Source: an uncultured archaeon (GTDB taxonomy: Archaea > Iainarchaeota > Iainarchaeia > Iainarchaeales > CSSED10-239). From it: a DNA stretch of 32,000 nt. The stretch covers positions 30,001 through 62,000 of the forward strand of contig CAZQEL010000001.1 of NCBI GenBank assembly GCA_964591795.1, in the 5' to 3' direction. Below the pieces are notes generated by a model. That model was given only the letters and a program-made list of their open reading frames with translations, was not told the DNA's origin and made no database searches. The translations under genes and the position numbers were made by a program. Within the stretch, counting starts at the first letter, position 1, and the number at the start of each line of letters is the position of its first letter. Positions 7,925 to 17,800 of this stretch are shown piece by piece.

Positions 7925-9190
7925 TTAAGAAGAAGGATTAACTATTCTTCCTAAAAATAAGATTTCTCCTGTTTGTTTATCTTGAATTATAAAGATAAAA
8001 GGATGATCTGCAATAAACTCAAAAACTTCTTGTTGAGATCCTGGACCTACTGATGTCGCTATCATAGTAACTACTGTTGCAGCAGCTGCTTCAGTTCCAG
8101 ATTCATCTACAGAAATAAATGATTGATGAATTACTTTAGATATCATTAATGATTCATCAAACATTTTTGAAAAATTAGCAGAATCACTAAAAGCCAAAGA
8201 CATCCCTAAAGTACTTAAATTATTTGATAATGTCATTTTATCGTCAAATTCAAATTTAGGTAATGTGATTTTAGTTAAATATATATCTTTCATTTCAGAT
8301 TTCCATTCATTCAATTTATCAATAGTTAATATTTCATCTAAAGTATCTAAATTTTCTTTTGGTAAAAGAATAAGCATTGAAAGATCATTACCCAAATAGT
8401 TAAGTTCTAACATTTTAAGATAATCATTATTTAAATAATTAAATTTAGTTTTTTTAGGTAACATTACCATTGTTTCTATTTGAACTACATTTTCAGGAGT
8501 AATTTTAAAATCTAAATCAGTAGTATCTTTTTTATTAAATTCATAAATCCATTTACCTTTAAAATAAATTGCATTAGTTAAAATTAATTTTGTATCTGAA
8601 GATAAATCCTCAAGTATATTTTTTATTCTATTGTTTGTTTGTTTAGCAATAAAATCATTAATTGTTAATCTTGATTTTTCAGTTTCATTAACAAAATCTA
8701 AATTAACTGCTTTACCACCATAATATTTTTCAACATTTTGTGAATAGTTATCTAAAAGTTTTAAATCTTTTGAAACCCACAAAGCATTTCCTGTTCTAAT
8801 TTCATAATTTTTATTTTTAGTATTTAATTTATTATATATAACAGCAGAATTAGGTCTTAAAATATTATTTTCTGGAAAATAAAATACATTTTTCATTTCC
8901 TCTGCAGTAGCTCCATTTGCACCTTCATAAGTCATTGCAAGCGCACTATAAATACTATATGGTGAAAAAAATAAATTTTCAGTATTTGTTTTACTTAAAT
9001 CAAAATATAAATCCATTGCAAATTGATTATTAGCATTAACAACTTCTTGTATTCCTTCTAAACTAAATCCAGTATCATCTGCACTAGGTGGACTTAAAGG
9101 ATCATATGGAAATACAAATAATGCAACACCTGCAGATACAATACCAACAAATAAAATAACTAATATAATTGATAACCATTTTTTACTCAT
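7925..9190 (-). CDS. serpin (serine protease inhibitor), N-terminally membrane-anchored or secreted, paralogue 1
   Basis: 421 aa. Serpin landmarks include NLFFSPYSIYSALAMTYEGANG, TNAIYFKGKW and the inhibitory hinge EGTEAAAAT-type sequence (DESGTEAAAATVV). The C-terminal motif ADHPFIFIIQDKQTGEILFLGRIVNP is also present. N-terminal hydrophobic segment is WLSIILVILFVGIVSAGVALFVF. A GAGGT Shine-Dalgarno lies upstream. Confidence 0.9.
   Translation of the reverse strand: MSKKWLSIILVILFVGIVSAGVALFVFPYDPLSPPSADDTGFSLEGIQEVVNANNQFAMDLYFDLSKTNTENLFFSPYSIYSALAMTYEGANGATAEEMKNVFYFPENNILRPNSAVIYNKLNTKNKNYEIRTGNALWVSKDLKLLDNYSQNVEKYYGGKAVNLDFVNETEKSRLTINDFIAKQTNNRIKNILEDLSSDTKLILTNAIYFKGKWIYEFNKKDTTDLDFKITPENVVQIETMVMLPKKTKFNYLNNDYLKMLELNYLGNDLSMLILLPKENLDTLDEILTIDKLNEWKSEMKDIYLTKITLPKFEFDDKMTLSNNLSTLGMSLAFSDSANFSKMFDESLMISKVIHQSFISVDESGTEAAAATVVTMIATSVGPGSQQEVFEFIADHPFIFIIQDKQTGEILFLGRIVNPSS
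8844..9007. repeat. near-identical 164-nt tract shared with 10146-10309 (serpin paralogues)
   Basis: Aligned by hand, 8844-9007 and 10146-10309 differ at one position (8867 a versus 10169 g). The rest of the two genes is clearly more diverged. Confidence 0.85.
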
Positions 9191-9220
9191 ATTTAAAAAC
9201 CTCTCATATTTTAAAAAAAA

Positions 9221-10492
9221 TTAAGAAGAAGGATTAACCATTCTTCCTAAAAATAAAATTTCATTAGTTTCATTTTCTTGAATTATGAAAATAAAAGGAT
9301 GATCTGCATTGAAAATAATATTAGCTACTGGATTAGGCATAGATTTAGCTATCATTATAACAGCAGTAGCTGCTGCAGCTTCTGTTCCTTTTTCATCAAC
9401 TGAAACAAATGCTTGGTGAATAACTTTAGATATCATTAACCTTGTATCTCCATTCATTTTTGAAAAATCAGCAGCAGAACGTGAAAATGCAGTAGGCATA
9501 CCCATATCACTCAAATTATTCTGCAAGTAATATCTAGTATCAAATTTAAATTTAGGTAAATTTATTTTAGAAACTTCTTTTTGAGTCATACTTTTTTTCC
9601 ATTCATTTAGTTTTGCATAACTTAAAACTTTTTCTAATGAACTAACATTGTCTTTAGGTAAAAGAACTAACATTGAAAGTTCATTATCTTTATATGGTAA
9701 TTCTATTATTTGAAGTAAATCATTTTCAAAATAATTAAATTTTTTATCCTCTGGAGACATAATCATAGTTGGAATTTTAATAATATTGTTAGAATTAACT
9801 TTAAAATTTAAATCCATTGTATCTTTTTTATCAAATTGATATTTCCAATCTCCTTTAAAATAAATGGCATTTGTTAAAACTAATTTTGTATCATCTGTAA
9901 GATCATTTTGTTCTAAAAGATCGTTTATTTTATTATCTGTTTGCTGAAAAATAAAATCATTAATTGTAAGTCTTGATTTTTCAAGTTCATTAATAAAATC
10001 TAAATTAACTGCTTTACCACCATAATATTTTTCAATTAAATTAAAATATTCTGGTAAAAAAGAAAATTCTTTTTGAGCCCATAAAGCATTTCCTGTTCTT
10101 AATTCATAAGATTTTTCTTTTTTATTTATTATATTATATATAGCAGCAGAATTAGGTCTTAAAATATTGTTTTCTGGAAAATAAAATACATTTTTCATTT
10201 CCTCTGCAGTAGCTCCATTTGCACCTTCATAAGTCATTGCAAGCGCACTATAAATACTATATGGTGAAAAAAATAAATTTTCAGTATTTGTTTTACTTAA
10301 ATCAAAATACATATCCATTGCAAATTGATTATTTGCATTTGAAACTTCTTGGATACCTTCTAAAGTATACCCACTATCATTTACTTCTGGTGGACTTACA
10401 GGATCATATGGAAAAACAAATAATGCAATACCTGCACTTACAATTCCAATAAATACAAAAACAAATAAAATTGACAACCATTTTTTATTCAT
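9221..10492 (-). CDS. serpin (serine protease inhibitor), N-terminally membrane-anchored or secreted, paralogue 2
   Basis: 423 aa with the same landmarks as paralogue 1. The hinge is DEKGTEAAAATAVIMIAKSMP and the C-terminal motif is ADHPFIFIIQENETNEILFLGRMVNP. A GAGGT Shine-Dalgarno lies upstream. It sits 30 nt upstream of paralogue 1 on the same strand. Confidence 0.9.
   Translation of the reverse strand: MNKKWLSILFVFVFIGIVSAGIALFVFPYDPVSPPEVNDSGYTLEGIQEVSNANNQFAMDMYFDLSKTNTENLFFSPYSIYSALAMTYEGANGATAEEMKNVFYFPENNILRPNSAAIYNIINKKEKSYELRTGNALWAQKEFSFLPEYFNLIEKYYGGKAVNLDFINELEKSRLTINDFIFQQTDNKINDLLEQNDLTDDTKLVLTNAIYFKGDWKYQFDKKDTMDLNFKVNSNNIIKIPTMIMSPEDKKFNYFENDLLQIIELPYKDNELSMLVLLPKDNVSSLEKVLSYAKLNEWKKSMTQKEVSKINLPKFKFDTRYYLQNNLSDMGMPTAFSRSAADFSKMNGDTRLMISKVIHQAFVSVDEKGTEAAAATAVIMIAKSMPNPVANIIFNADHPFIFIIQENETNEILFLGRMVNPSS
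10146..10309. repeat. near-identical 164-nt tract shared with 8844-9007
   Basis: Partner of the repeat at 8844-9007, with 163 of 164 positions identical by hand alignment. Confidence 0.85.
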
Positions 10493-10608
10493 ATATTAAA
10501 AACCTCTTTTAATTATAATTTAAACTATATATATGAATTACAATAAAGTTTATAAACAGAAATAAATAGTTAGGTTTTTAACTAACTTAAGAAAAAGAGA
10601 TTATAATT

Positions 10609-10643
10609 TAAAAAAAATAAAAAAATAAAAAAAGAAAAGAAAG
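10609..10643 (-). terminator. series of oligo-T tracts directly downstream of the HU gene
   Basis: On the transcribed strand the HU stop codon is followed by CTTTCTTTTCTTTTTTTATTTTTTTATTTTTTTT. A weak hairpin (AGTTAG/CTAACT, 10568-10587) follows. Oligo-T runs are archaeal terminator signals. Confidence 0.4.
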
Positions 10644-10645
10644 AT

Positions 10646-10915
10646 TTATAATCTTCCTTTAAATTCTTTACCAACTTTGAATGAAACTGTTTTACTTGCA
10701 GAAATTTTCATAGCTTTTCCAGTTTGAGGATTTCTACCCATTCTAGCAGCTCTCTTCTTAACTTTGAAAGTACCAAAACCAACTAATTGTAATTTACCTT
10801 CTTTTTTAACAATTACTTTCATAGCTTCTAAAGTTGTATTAATAAACTCTTCTGCTTTTGCTTTTGAGAAATCTGTTTTTTTAACAACAGCTTCAACTAA
10901 TGTTTTTTTATTCAT
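10646..10915 (-). CDS. HU-family (bacterial-type histone-like) DNA-binding protein
   Basis: 89 aa. MNKKTLVEAV...LQLVGFGTFKVKKRAARMGRNPQTGKAMKISASKTVSFKVGK aligns along its full length with my memory of E. coli HU, including the GFGTF...R.GRNPQTG arm. Confidence 0.92.
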   Translation of the reverse strand: MNKKTLVEAVVKKTDFSKAKAEEFINTTLEAMKVIVKKEGKLQLVGFGTFKVKKRAARMGRNPQTGKAMKISASKTVSFKVGKEFKGRL

Positions 10916-10920
10916 TTATT

Positions 10921-10928
10921 CACTCCCC
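10921..10928 (-). promoter_or_regulatory. Shine-Dalgarno site of the HU gene (GGGGAGTG)
   Basis: The reverse complement of cactcccc lies 5 nt upstream of the ATG at 10913-10915. It is complementary to a GGAGGTGA-type anti-SD. Similar AGGTG, GAGGT or GGTGAT motifs precede most genes in this window. Confidence 0.6.
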
Positions 10929-11042
10929 TTTTTTCTATAAAAAATATAGATTATTAAATTATTATATATAGTAAAGCTTTTTAAATAGATGTGTTTTAAT
11001 CCCTATTTATAGGGCATCTAAGGAGTATTTATGGAAAAATAG

Positions 11043-11116
11043 CAGATCTATTGGGATTTGAACCCAAGTTTTAGGCTCCGCAAGCCTACGTACTATCCAG
11101 GCTATACTATAGATCT
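11043..11116 (-). tRNA. tRNA-Arg (anticodon GCG)
   Basis: Reverse complement reads AGATCTATAGTATAGCCTGGATAGTACGTAGGCTTGCGGAGCCTAAAACTTGGGTTCAAATCCCAATAGATCTG. The acceptor AGATCTA/TAGATCT is perfect. Anticodon stem is TAGGC/GCCTA with loop TTGCGGA, giving GCG. T arm is TTGGG-TTCAAAT-CCCAA. Discriminator is G and no CCA is encoded. A T5 run follows the 3' end. Confidence 0.9.
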
Positions 11117-11126
11117 TTTAAAATAA

Positions 11127-11480
11127 TTATTTTTTTCCGCCTTTACGAGAAATTGTAGAGGTTCCCCAAAAGAAAACAGATACAAGACCAAAGCCTAAAA
11201 ATAAATATCCCATCATAATAGCACTAGTTAAAAATAAATATTTATAAACTAAAAAATAAGCTAAAATACCAGTTACAATAAAAGTAAGAATATTTTTTTC
11301 TCCAAAAGCTTGAGAGGCATTTTCATAAATAAAGAAAACAATTAAAGCCATAATAATATATTTTACCCAAGGAAAAATCACCATAAATCCAGGTACAATT
11401 AATATAGCTACAACTGAAACAATTAATATTTTTACAAGTAATGGAACTGCTCCAAAAACGCCACCTTTATTATTAAGCAT
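11127..11480 (-). CDS. small polytopic membrane protein (about 4 predicted TM helices), last gene of the giant-protein cluster
   Basis: 117 aa, almost entirely hydrophobic helices with a basic C-terminal tail (RKGGKK). The ATG lies 3 nt after the stop of the preceding gene, suggesting translational coupling. An AGGT motif lies upstream. No family recognised. Confidence 0.7.
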   Translation of the reverse strand: MLNNKGGVFGAVPLLVKILIVSVVAILIVPGFMVIFPWVKYIIMALIVFFIYENASQAFGEKNILTFIVTGILAYFLVYKYLFLTSAIMMGYLFLGFGLVSVFFWGTSTISRKGGKK

Positions 11481-11483
11481 AAA

Positions 11484-11855
11484 TTATCTACCTGGAGGTT
11501 TCCCACCCATTCTTTTAACTAAATGATTTCTAGCTGCATGTTCTGTTGCTCCTGGAGTACCATGAGTATCCATTTTTTTACCCATCATTTCTTCAGCTGA
11601 ACCACCAGCACTAATAAAGAAGAAATCAACAAATATTCCAGCTACACCCACTGACAATAAAATATATAATATATATCCAGTTTTAAAAATAGGCCAAAAT
11701 AAAAAGATCATAACAATAACACCAATACTAATCATTACTAATGCAAGTGTATTATGAGTAACTCTTCTTTTGATAAAAGCTATGATTGTAAGTATTAAAA
11801 ATAATTGTAAGATAAAATCAAAATCTTGAAAAAAATTTAAATATATATTTAACAT
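11484..11855 (-). CDS. small membrane protein (about 3 TM helices) with a polar basic C-terminal tail
   Basis: 123 aa. It has hydrophobic helices followed by the tail GGSAEEMMGKKMDTHGTPGATEHAARNHLVKRMGGKPPGR. An AGGA motif lies upstream of the ATG. It starts 24 nt downstream of the 2111-aa gene. No family recognised. Confidence 0.7.
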   Translation of the reverse strand: MLNIYLNFFQDFDFILQLFLILTIIAFIKRRVTHNTLALVMISIGVIVMIFLFWPIFKTGYILYILLSVGVAGIFVDFFFISAGGSAEEMMGKKMDTHGTPGATEHAARNHLVKRMGGKPPGR

Positions 11856-11879
11856 TTTTATTTTTCCTTTATTATTAAT

Positions 11880-14800
11880 TTAAGTATTATTTATAACTGG
11901 ACAAATATAATCACTAGGAATATTAGAAATTATAATGTCAAGTTCATTTTGTGTAAAATTAACTTCACTATCAACCCATTTAATATATGTTCTTTGAGGT
12001 GATTTATGAATACATGCTTTTTCATTTTTTACAAATTCAAAAATTCCTTTAATTGTTTTTAAATTATTCAAATTATTTCCTAAATTATGATCCGAATTTT
12101 TAAACGTAATATCTTCAACATTACCAATTAAATTTGATTTAGAAAATATTTTTGTAAAATCACTATTAGATAACTGAGAAGTTTTAAATTTAAATTGACT
12201 TAAGTCTAAATCAGTAGGTATATATAACATAGTAGTTAAACTTATATTATTATCTGTAACTGTACTTGTGTCTAATATATATCTACCAATATCATCACTA
12301 GAATATAAATTATCAATAAATACAATATCATTACTAGTCCATTTTAAAAAGTTAGAACCAATTAATGGATCTAAAGAATTGTCACCACTATGTAATAAAT
12401 TATAAGATAACTTACTATTAAGTAAACATGCAGCATATGAATATAATGGAATTGGATATGATAAACTATATGTCATTTGAAGTTGTCCATCATTAAATTT
12501 TTTTAAATCTAATATATATCCTTCTGAATCAATAATATTATTTAAATTACCTAGACTATTATAATTATTTATTGCTAAAGTATTAATTGGGTTATTAACT
12601 AAAGAATAATTTAAATCTACAATTGAATCAGATCTTATTTGAATTATAGGGTCATAATTATTTGTTTGTATACCATATCCATCTCTAGTTCCATTTTGAT
12701 TTAATCTTCCGTCAAATGGCATATAATGAAAAGCACTAAGTTCTGATGAACTTAAGTTTTTTACAAATAATAATTGAATATCAATCTTAGTATCATCCAT
12801 AGAATTTTGATAATAATCATTATCATTACCATAAACATCAACCTTATATATTCCAGGCATAAATGTTTTTTGAGTACTATTATTATCAAAAGTAATTTTT
12901 AAGTCACCATCATTAACTGAACTTTCTGTAAATAAATTTGAATTATTAGGTTTAGAAAATTTTGAAAATTGACTAAAAGCATCATTATCTCTATAATCTA
13001 TAAAATCTTTTAAAAGATTGTCAGAAATTCCATCATTCATTAATTTAATATAAAATGGACCTTCAACACAATTTTGAATTTTATAAAATATAGATATTAG
13101 CATCTGTAAAGAATCACAAGCATATTTTTCATACATTTCAGAAACATTATTACCAATACATTTATTAGTCCAACCTCCTTCTTCATATTCTTCACCCCAA
13201 TTAAAAAACACTTTAGGCAAATACTCTAACCCAGTTTTACAAGAATCGGTTTGATCTTGACAATAACCTAAAATAAACATATCAGTGCCATCATTTTGAC
13301 CACCAACACCTATACAATAATCAAAATCAATGGTGCTCTGAGTTATTTCTGGGTCTAATTTAAAAATGGTATAATCAGCAAGAACATTCTTATTAAAGTC
13401 AGAATTAAGAATATCTAAAACTTTAAAGTTAAATAAAGTATTTTCAATTCCTGTTGTTTCATCTAAGGATAAATCACTAAAATTAGAATTATATGTTACA
13501 GAACGTGTTATATCTGTAGTTATTAAAGATAACTCTGAAGATAAATTATTAACTGATAAATTTTCATCAATAGGATTTAAGGATACTGGAGTTAAAAGTT
13601 TAACTTTATATAAATTTAAATTATTATTAAAACTATATATTTTAGATTGACTACATTCATCTTGAGAAATACAAAATATTTCTACTGAATTCCAAGTAAT
13701 ATGTGATATATTAACTATTGATTCACTATTATAAGCCTTAACATTAAATGTTTGTGTAAAATTTACATCATTACCATTAAGTAAAATATTAAATGTTAAA
13801 ACAATTGCTGAGTTGTTTGTAGGATAGTCACCAGTATATGCATCATTAAACTTAAAATTAATTGGAATTAACACTGATGACAAAATATTTTGATTATTTA
13901 AATTAATAGAATCATTAAATACACTATTATCAATAAACAAAGGTAAACTATCTACTATAATATTTTTTAAAACAGCATTAACATCTGAAGATAAATTATA
14001 ATCTATAACAATACTAGGGTTGATATCTTTTATAATTTCAATATCATAAACTTCATTTTCATCAGAATATCTAACACCTTTATTTGGATTAGGATAACTA
14101 GCACTATAATTTATAGAACCTAAATTTTGAACAACAATATTTGAGTTTACATCAAGTAACAAAGTAGTATCATCATTAAACTTTAAATGATTTGTATAAC
14201 TTTCATTAATATCAACACCAGTACTAATATCATCATTTAAAACTAAACTAGTCAAAACAAGAGTTTGAACTTGATTTATATCCTTAGGTAAATCATTAAC
14301 AGTAAAAAGATTAGATTTAATTTGATTTACATCAAATACACTAGATGCTCCTGTGAATGTAAGATCATTTAAATTTGCAACAACAGTTGATTGCTTTAAA
14401 ATATTATAATTTTCAAGATTAACATCTCCAAAAATAATTGAATCATTTAATCTATAAAAATATGTAGAAAGATTAATATTATTTTCTAAAATTGAATATC
14501 CAGATTCAATAGTTTTTGATCTTACAACAGTATTGTTTATAAAACCAGCTTCTGGAGTAAAAATAAAATAAAAATTAATTTTTTTAGACATATCTTCAAC
14601 AGGAAGATAAATATTTTGATCAGTTAACAATCCTTGTGCATCCGTATCACCTAAAGAGATTGCTTCTCCACCAGTTACTTGATATTTAATTAAAATATTT
14701 TCAATTGGTGCATTATAATTATCAACAACTTTAAATGAAACATTATTTTGTCCAATAAATATATCATTATTTAAATTACTAGTAATTTCAAACACAAAAT

Positions 14801-17800
14801 TAACATCTGAATAATATGAATATAATGAAGTATTAATTATAGGGAAATTGTTTAAAATATCTGTTGATAGGACAGGTTCTGAATATGCTGTATTTTCAAA
14901 AAAACCAGTTGGCTTAAATATTGTATAAGTATTAATGTTATAACCTCTGTTTGCATCTATTAAATTTATTGAATAATTATAATCATTAATAACTGTTTGA
15001 TAATAAACAATAGGATCCATATTACCATCAGGATCTCCTGAATCTAATAAATAACCATAGCTTGCATATTCTAAATTATTATTTGTATAACTTGAAGTTT
15101 GATCAATACTACCTTGTCTTAATAAATTTTTCAAATATAAATAATAAATATCATATTTATAATTTGTTTCAATAGATACTGAATAACCATCTACATATGG
15201 AGTTAGTACAGTACCATTAAAATCTTTAATTTTCTTTGAATATATATAATCTAAATTATTAAATGGAATTTGATATTTATTTGTTTTTGAATAGAAATAA
15301 CCATCAGGATAAATTGGAACTTCATTCCAAGAGATAGATTGAATTGGATCAAAATTATATATTTCACCATATTTTGTAGCCAAAGATCTATAACTTAGTT
15401 TGTAAAAATCAGTGGGTGCAACAGGAGCCTCTTTAAATTTAATATTTGCAGAAAATTCTAAAACATTTGGAGAAAGATCCATTACATTAACTTCAAACCA
15501 TTTATATTTATTTCCATTATAATCATAACCTTGATCAGTAGTATAATTTTGATTAAATAAAGTTATATTAAAATCAGGAATATGCTCTCCAGAAAATTTA
15601 TATCCTCTATCAATTTGAATTTCATCTGATAATATATCATCAGAAACAAAATAAATATAATCGTCATCTATAAATATTTCATTTCCTGCTCTTAAGTGTA
15701 AATATTTAATTTCAGAATCACTAAAGCATGAAGTGTATTTAAATTTAAGTCTATATTCATCATCAAGCCCATTATTATTATAATCAATATTGGTTACAAT
15801 TCTAGTTCCTGTTTTATTATATAAGCCAGTTAATTCAAGTTTAGAATCTGAACATGCAACTAAACTAGTTAAAGAAACTTCTTTAAAAATTTCTTGATCA
15901 GGTACAAGTGTTAAAACTTCTGTTTGATAAGTTGTATATCCTTGTGTACTAATAACAGCATAAACTCTATTTACTCCACCAATAAAATAATATTGAATAT
16001 TTGAATCAACATCAACAGACACATAATCAATTACTGAATTATGCTCAACATCATAGAAATTAATATCAAAATTTATATTTGGAGTTACTTTTAAATTTAA
16101 TATTTTTGGAATATCTTGTAAATTCACAAATAATGGTAAAAAAGCATTAACATCAAGCTCTTCAGTACTTGAAGTTCCTTCTCTATCAACAATACCATGT
16201 ACAGCATAAGCATAATAGTTCTTATGAGCCCTCTGTAGTTCAAAATTAACATCACCAAATTGATTAGTAAATTTAGAAACTGGGTTTGTAAGTACAAAAT
16301 TATTATCAACTTCCCTATAAAGATAAACTCTTGCGTTTGAAATATTTTGAATATTATCTTTTACATTAACACCAATTTTTCCAGAATTCAGTTCTGATGA
16401 AAATTCTAAAGGTATAATTATATTTCTATCTAAAGAAGTTACTAAAACTGGATCTGGTTGATTATAACCATTAATTTCAGTATTTATTATTCTAACTCTA
16501 TAATCATAAAAATTAATTACATTAAAAGAATAATAATTTGTATCTTCTGCTATGTATTCAGTAAATACATAACTTTCGTTTGTATCTTTTAATTTTGATT
16601 CAAGAGTAATGTCTCCAAAAACTGGTTCACTAGTATTTGCATCTTTTAAAGTCACAGAAATATAACCAGTAGTACCTAAAATACAAATTCCATCGCTATT
16701 TATATTTAAGAAAGGTTTTAAATGTTCATTATTACAATCAATAACCCCAGCTACACAAAAGTTAGAATACTTAGGTAAAGTACAATCAAAGTTAATTAAA
16801 TCATCTCTTGTAAATAAAACAAAAGAAGTATTAATAGTTTCTTCTTTAAAAACTGTTAAAGGTCCTTTTTTAGGATATGTTAAATATCCTTCTTTTGTAA
16901 CAGTTAAAAGATATTGTTTAGGATCAAGAGAAAATTCACCAAGTCCATAAATGTCAGTTTGTTTATTATCAAGAGGTAAAATAAAATTTGATTGTGAATA
17001 ATTATAAACAGTTACATCAGAACCTAAAAGAGCATCCCCAGAGATATTTTTCACACTAAAACCTAATTTACCAATATCTGAAGTGATTCTAGTTAAAACA
17101 ACTTTATTGTTAGAACCAATTACTTTATTTGTAATTGATGAAAATTTATTTGAAGTTACTGACACTCTTAAACGTCCACATGCAGCAGGAGTTTTAACTG
17201 TAATTCTACCATTAGCTATAAGTGTATTTTTTGGAGTAGGTATTTTTTCATTATTTGTACATGAAAATACAATATTTAATGTTGTATTTAAAATTAAAAT
17301 ATCATTATTTTCAACAAACATAATTTCTCTTTCTTCTTCTTCACCAACTGGTAAAAGAGGGGAATCAAGATCAATTAAAAGAGTTACAGTTTGTCTCAAA
17401 CTATTTTTACTAAGTTTAAATGAATGATTTAAAGTAGTATAATGTTCTTTAGATACAATTAAATTAACATTTTGTTTTTTAGATTTTAAATCTTTAAATA
17501 TTGCTTCTCCAAACACATTTGTAGTTAAAAATGAAATGTTTTCATCATTAATTTGGAAAGTTACTAATGCTCCATTTAAAGGAACACCAGCAGGATCATA
17601 AACATCAACACCTATAGTCCAAGATTTTGAAAAAGATAAAGTACCTGATAAAATTAAATATAATAATAATGCTAAAATTAATAAAAATAAAATAAAACTA
17701 GGAAATACTTTATCAATACGATCTGTTAGTTTATTAACTGGTATAACTTTACTAATTCCATCAATCATTTTATAATAATTATCCTCAAAAAAGAAATAAC

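Noticed and set aside
10219-10452. Plus-strand 77-aa ORF
   Set aside because: It lies entirely inside the minus-strand serpin-2 gene and has a low-complexity Leu/Tyr/His-rich translation. It is an antisense shadow ORF in AT-rich DNA. The same reasoning applies to plus-strand ORFs 17083..17427, 19187..19429 (antisense of Gly-codon repeats), 29822..30028 and 31286..31480.
10568-10587. Hairpin AGTTAG-n8-CTAACT downstream of HU as a structured terminator or ncRNA
   Set aside because: It has only 6 AT-rich base pairs. The adjacent oligo-T runs already explain termination, so it is too weak to call on its own.
11043-11126. Giant-protein cluster as an integrated mobile element using tRNA-Arg as attachment site
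   Set aside because: The cluster ends 10 nt from tRNA-Arg. I saw no integrase, no duplicated tRNA 3' fragment (att repeat) and no compositional break. The far boundary lies outside the window. Cannot be supported from this sequence.
16124-16309. Minus-strand 61-aa ORF in an alternative frame
   Set aside because: It is nested within the 2111-aa gene in another frame, with an implausible Leu/Met/Ile-rich sequence and no SD. ORF 31499..31681, nested in the 31503..32000 gene, is rejected for the same reasons.
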